A stretch of 63,963 bases of DNA, filler included, from Thelocarpon superellum (taxonomy: Eukaryota): the NCBI GenBank assembly GCA_026025795.1. It is 5 parts of 5 records of this genome, joined end to end, with 100 filler letters (N's around TTAATTAATTAA, not from the genome) between each part and the next. Parts side by side here need not be neighbours in the genome. Positions count along the whole stretch, not along the records: positions 56,169 to 63,963 come from JAPEUG010000618.1; 4 more parts are not named here. One strand, 5' to 3'. Position 1 is the first letter of the stretch. Every line of letters starts with the position of its first letter. The notes below the pieces were generated by a model. That model saw only the letters and a program-made list of their open reading frames with translations. It made no database searches and was not told the DNA's origin. Positions 58,853-63,963 of the stretch are shown here, piece by piece. A program made the translations under genes and the position numbers.

Positions 58853-60918
58853 ATGGGCAGTCATCCTCCCGCCGACATGTACTACGACGCCTTCCCGCCT
58901 GGCCGTTCAACTGGCACTCACCGCCAGCAAGGCCCTCCACCGAACAACCTCCATCAAACGTCGTCGCGAGCCTTCGATCCCTTTGGACAGATGCCCGGCG
59001 GCATGTTCACACCCGACGACCACGTCTCTCGGTACGACACGAATCGATTTGACCGAATGAATGCGCCCTTTCCGGGCAATTATGGCTATGACATGTCAGG
59101 GGCGCAGACGTGGAACCCCAGTGGATTTGGCGGCCCCCCCAACAACAACTCTGCCGGCGGCATGGGTGCCACGGGTCGTGTGAAGCCATCATCGCGGCAG
59201 CGAAGTGCCCTGCCAGCTGTAAGTCGAGCTTGACGTGATTCGGAGCGTGAAGGGCCGCTGACCAATGCCAGACATGGCTCGACCAGCAAACCTCCTTGCC
59301 GGCCCCAGCGCCGTATTCCGGCATGGGAAACAACGGCATGGGCAATAATGGAATGGGAACCAACGGCATGGGCAATAGCGGCATGGGCAATAACGGCATG
59401 GGCAATAATGGAATGGGAAACAACGTTGGCCAATCACCCATCCGTGCAGATGCAGGCAACGCAGACCCCGACGAAGAGCTCATCCCCACGGCCATTGTGA
59501 TCAAGAACATCCCATTTGCGGCCAAGAAAGAACAGCTGGTACAGCTCATGACTGATCTGAACCTGCCGTTGCCGTATGCCTTCAACTACCATTTTGACAA
59601 TGGTGTCTTCCGCGGCCTGGCCTTTGCCAACTTCACCACGGCCGAGGAGACGGCCGTGGTCATCGACCATCTGAACCATTTTGAGCTGCAGGGTCGCAAG
59701 TTGCGGGTCGAGTACAAGAAGATGCTCCCGTTGGCCGAACGAGAGCGGATCGAGCGGGAGAAGCGCGAACGACGGGGACAGCTTGAAGAGCAGCACCGGC
59801 CCATGCCGACCTTGCAGCTGCAGAACCAGCCATCGATGTCCTCCATGTCCTCCCACATACCTGCCACCTCGCCCTCTCCCGTCTCCGTCCGCAGTGCGAA
59901 GCCAGGTACGTGAGATTCTCATGCGCCGCTCTCCGGACAGACGCTCACCCATGAGATAGACGTCGACTTGAATGATGCCCAAACCCTTCAGTTTTATACC
60001 CAGCTCATGCTGTTCAAGGAGGACAAGACCAAGGAGGCGCTGATCTTCCCGTCGACGCTCCTGCCGGCGCAACGACGGACGGTACATACGCTGGCGCACC
60101 ACCTCTCGTTGTCGCATGTGTCCCGCGGGAACGGAGATCAGCGACAGGTCCACGTCTTCCGTACGCCGCAGTCGATCAACATGAGCCCGCCCATCCCACA
60201 GCTGCCGGGCCACATGTTCTCTGGGGATCCATCGCGACGAGGGCTCAACCGCGCGGCGACAATCGATTTCAGCGAGGCGCGCGGGGCCGACGCGGGTGGA
60301 TATGGCACGCTTGGTCGACAGGGCTCGGGCTTGCTCGACATCCCTGGTTCTCCCGGAAATGGCTCGATGGCACAGGCCAGTCAGAACCTTCGTGCTGCCA
60401 AGTCTTTCGCCGACCTGAGGTCCTATACACCGTCGCCCGTCCCGTCCTCCGCCAGCTTTCCGACGGCGCTCGGGGCGGGACTCTCGCGATTGAATGAGCT
60501 CGGCCAGTTGAGCGTGGCGACGACGGCGGCGGCCTTGACGCCCACGGCGACGAGCAGCAACGTGACCTCGGCGCACGACGACTCGTTCATGGTGAATGGG
60601 TTCGGCGCGCTCTCGCTCGGAGGTAACTTTGGGGTGGGAGGACCGAATGCGCGAGACAACCGGGGCGGCATGGCCAGCGAACGAGAGAGCCAACAGCAGT
60701 CATTCGGCGGGCCGATCGGCAGCAACCGGACGTTTAGCATGGGCTTCGACGACTCATCGCGGGAACGGGGACAAGCGTTACCGATGAGACAACCGCGCGG
60801 ACCAGCCCCGGAACGAGGCACGGGGTTCTCGCGCAACAATCGGCAGAATGGACACCACCAGCCGAGTAATACCAACGACCTCGAATCACCCAGTGGGGTG
60901 GAGATTATTGTGGAGTAG
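58853..60918 (+). CDS. PIN4: RRM plus R3H RNA-binding protein, Pin4/Cip1-Cip2-like
   Basis: LIPTAIVIKNIPF, PYAFNYHFDNGVFRGLAFANF, GRKLRVEYKKMLP, DLNDAQTLQFY, R3H motif QRRTVHTLAHHL, LRAAKSFADLR and PMRQPRGP. Two introns. An alternative start is ATG 58877. Confidence 0.93.
59320..59424 (+). repeat. Coding 15-bp minisatellite x7 encoding (GMGNN)7
   Basis: ggcatgggaaacaac-type units with synonymous and few non-synonymous variants. Confidence 0.92.
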
Positions 60919-62809
60919 GCGGGTAGGGAGGGGTGACCAGGCCAGAATCATGACTCATGAGTGGATGATCAGATGTCATCCGCATGGAAGGTTAACTCGA
61001 GAGTGTTCTGGCGAGCTTGGATGGATCTGTCCTGAGTGGGCACTGATTGGGTTTTTTTTGCATCGTTCCGAGGGTGGAGGACTGGGGATATTCATTGATT
61101 GAAGTTCAACTGTCACCGTCGCCGTCGTCCTCGTCCTCATCCCCTTCCGCCACGTCCTCGTCCTCCGCCTTCTCACCCACATCCTCAACGCTCCCCTCCA
61201 TCCCTCTCCCTTGTGCTTTCTCGCTTCCTCGCCTTCACTCCCTCTCTCGCGCCCGCTTCACTTCACCTTCCACTTCCACGACCGTCTACCCAACCTGTCC
61301 ATACGCTGGGTGGAGGCTTGATCATGACGAAGACGACCAACGACCAAGATCACGACAAGATAGCGCATAAAGAACGCGCGTGCGACTCGACATAGAGCCG
61401 CCGGGCAACGATGGGCAACCATGACGAATCGCGACGACCCAGATATGAACGAGCGAACGAACGACCTTACTTTATATGTCGACGTACCCTAGCAACTTAT
61501 CTTTCTTGTTCTCTTCTCTGTTCTCTCTTCTCGCTTCATCTTTGACTTTATCCGGACCGCTCATCAATTGGTCTGTTCATTCCCACCTACTCATCTACCT
61601 AATAAGTGGGGTTTGTCATGGCATCGACCCACTCACCACCGCCACCCCCCACCGCTTGTCTCCACCTACGCTATAATCTTTCTCTTTTCGGCCTTTAACT
61701 GTTGGGATTACCTTTGTGCGTGTGATGGTGACTGAGCCTGAGTGTGAATCATGTGCATTGTCGCGTGGCGTCGTGATATGGCTGCTCTACTTGTGGATGT
61801 TCATCGCCGATATTTGGAGATGACAATGATAAGATTGAGATTGAAGGAGATGAGGCGACGAGGGGATGAGGAGATGAGGGGTGACGACGAGGACGAATGT
61901 TGGAAGAAGAGGATTGCGGCTGAAGGATGAAAGGAGAAGTTGAGTTACTCTCTTGAGGCAGTGTCATTGTCGTCATGGGGTCATCTCAGCATGGACATGC
62001 ACCACTCGATCGAAGGGATGGACAAAGAGGCAGGAGAGACGGGAGACGGGAGAGTGGATGGAGATGGAGAATGGAAGACGTACCGAGTGGTTGATTCATC
62101 ATCTTCGTCGTCGTCGTCCTCCTCCTCCTCTTTCCTTTCCTATTCTGCGTCAGTTCAACTCACGCTGGGGGAGGAAATGCACGAGCAGGAGCAGAAATAC
62201 GTAAGCGCAGGCGCGACACAATACGATCAATGCAGTTCAGTGTGGTTCATTACAATTCAACGACCACGAGGACGTGCGAGAGAACACGCACGAACGCGGA
62301 TACGAGTGGGAAAGAATGAGGAGAGAGGGGGAGGAAGAGACGTATTTGAGATTCGGGCTCTGACATGTCATATTTTCTTCTTTCCCTGTCTTCACTCTGC
62401 GTCACCTCTCATCACTTTTCATCACTTTATTTTACTCTATTCCTACGTGTGCTGTGCTTTTTGTCCCATCTAGTCCATTCAGTCCAGTCGATGCACTAGA
62501 TCAAATCATCTTCTGTCGAGTCGATTTTGGATCGGATTCACCTACCCTACTACTGGCGCACTAACAAACAGTAAGTAGTAGGAGTACTCCGGGATCCGAT
62601 GTCTGAGATCCCGAGGAAAAGTCAGATAGTCCTTATAGTGGTACTGGGTACGGCGGGAAAAACAGGAACAAGAACCGGGACAAGAACAGACACAGGGAAA
62701 CACAAGGATCAATCCATCCATCCATTCATCCGTCACCAGCCCATCACCCATCAATCACCCATCGGCATCAACCCATGCGTGCATCGTTCCATCCAATCAA
62801 TCCGGCCAC

Positions 62810-63705
62810 TCAAGCGGCAATAGCACCCTTGTTCGCGCCCTTCTTCTTCTGTTCCACCTTGAGGAGCAGCGCGCGGTTGATGTGCGGCAGCACGCCACCA
62901 AAGGCGATCGTCGCGCGGATCAACGTGTCGAGTTCCTCGTCGCCGCGGATAGCCAGTTGTAGATGGCGCGGCGTGATGCGCTTCACTTTCAGGTCTTTTG
63001 CTGCGTTCTGCACACCCCCTCATGTTAGCCCAATCCATGCCAAGGACGATTGTGAATGAGAGGAGTGTTGACAACACTGCGAATCAAGCGAGGGAAGAGG
63101 AATGAAGGAGATGATATGGACCAGACAAGGTGCTGCGAAGGAAGTGAGGAAAGAAAGAAGACTTACTCCGGCCAGTTCGAGCACCTCCGCCGTCAGGTAT
63201 TCTAGCACTGCCGTCACGTACACGGCGGCTGCGGGGAGAGAAAAAGAGGGGTTAGTGAGTGAGACATGATGCAGAGGCTCGCGGGAAGAGTGCTTACCCT
63301 TGGCGCCTACTCGCATCTTGTTCTGCGTGTTGTTCTTGAGGAAACGCTTGACACGACCACAAGGGAACTAGAGAGAAAGAGGGCGATGTCAGCGACGGCT
63401 TGCTTCATGCATTCCAACAAAGACGACGGCCAACATCGTGGAGAGGTCACGGTGCTCATGCGACTCCGGATCGACGAGCACGAGGCGTGCACTCGGACGG
63501 CGGACAGAGATGATGCGCGTCCGGTGGAGAAGCCAGGCAAGACGTGACGATGAACGTGCCATGGCACCAGTAGAGTCGCGCGCGCGCAGGTCGAGGAAGG
63601 TCTTACCTGCAAGCCTGCCTTGGCGCTATGCGACTGTTGAGTCTTTCCATCGCCAGCCTTTGGCCCCGCCTTGCCGCCGTGAGATTTGCCCTTGCCGCCC
63701 GACAT
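62810..63705 (-). CDS. HTZ1: Histone H2A.Z
   Basis: [20 protein letters not shown]...[69 protein letters not shown]. Three introns. Confidence 0.99.
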
Positions 63706-63963
63706 CTTAAGATTATGTTATGTTATGCTGCGTTGTGTTGTGGTGTGCCGCGGCGTGGTGGAGTTCCGAGTGCGAGTGCGAGGGCGAGTGCGAGGGCGAG
63801 TGCGATGGACGGAGGGTGATGAAGGAGCTGTATCGAGCTTGGACGCGTCAATGTCGATCGCGACAACAATAACAACAAAACTCGGAGGAGAAGCGAGGTG
63901 GGTCGGGGGACAAATACGAACAGGCGAGAGTGGTGCGCGCGAGGTGGAGGTGGTGAAGAAGAC

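Overview
Intron-containing, GC-rich fungal DNA. Gene content and short GT-AG introns with CTRAC branch points point to a filamentous ascomycete (Pezizomycotina); the species cannot be read from the sequence. The window is not contiguous: five contigs are joined by artificial 100-nt spacers (N44-TTAATTAATTAA-N44), and the three complete contigs are 13949, 13934 and 13928 bp, consistent with sorting by length. Contig 1: phosphotransferase-family gene (partial), an uncharacterised ~750-aa protein, M20 amidohydrolase, F-BAR/RhoGAP (RGD1-like), Med12/SRB8 (partial). Contig 2: PARP-like ADP-ribosyltransferase/ubiquitin-E2 fusion, PIG-H, TLC-domain protein, VMA6, NOP58, RPC17, amidoligase-like fragment. 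Contig 3: SEH1, ALG7, FOX2, TDA10-like kinase, LEU1, HRQ1 (partial). Contig 4: secreted Cys-rich protein (partial), Na+/H+ antiporter, DDX60-like helicase. Contig 5: PIN4/Cip2-like RRM-R3H protein and histone H2A.Z. I found no rRNA, tRNA, CRISPR array or intact transposon, and no convincing new multi-gene system. The best leads are the PARP-E2 fusion, a ~100-aa insertion inside the RhoGAP domain, the divergent orphan/phosphotransferase pair, the secreted hydrophobic-hairpin protein and the DDX60-like helicase. All family calls come from recalled motifs, not database searches.
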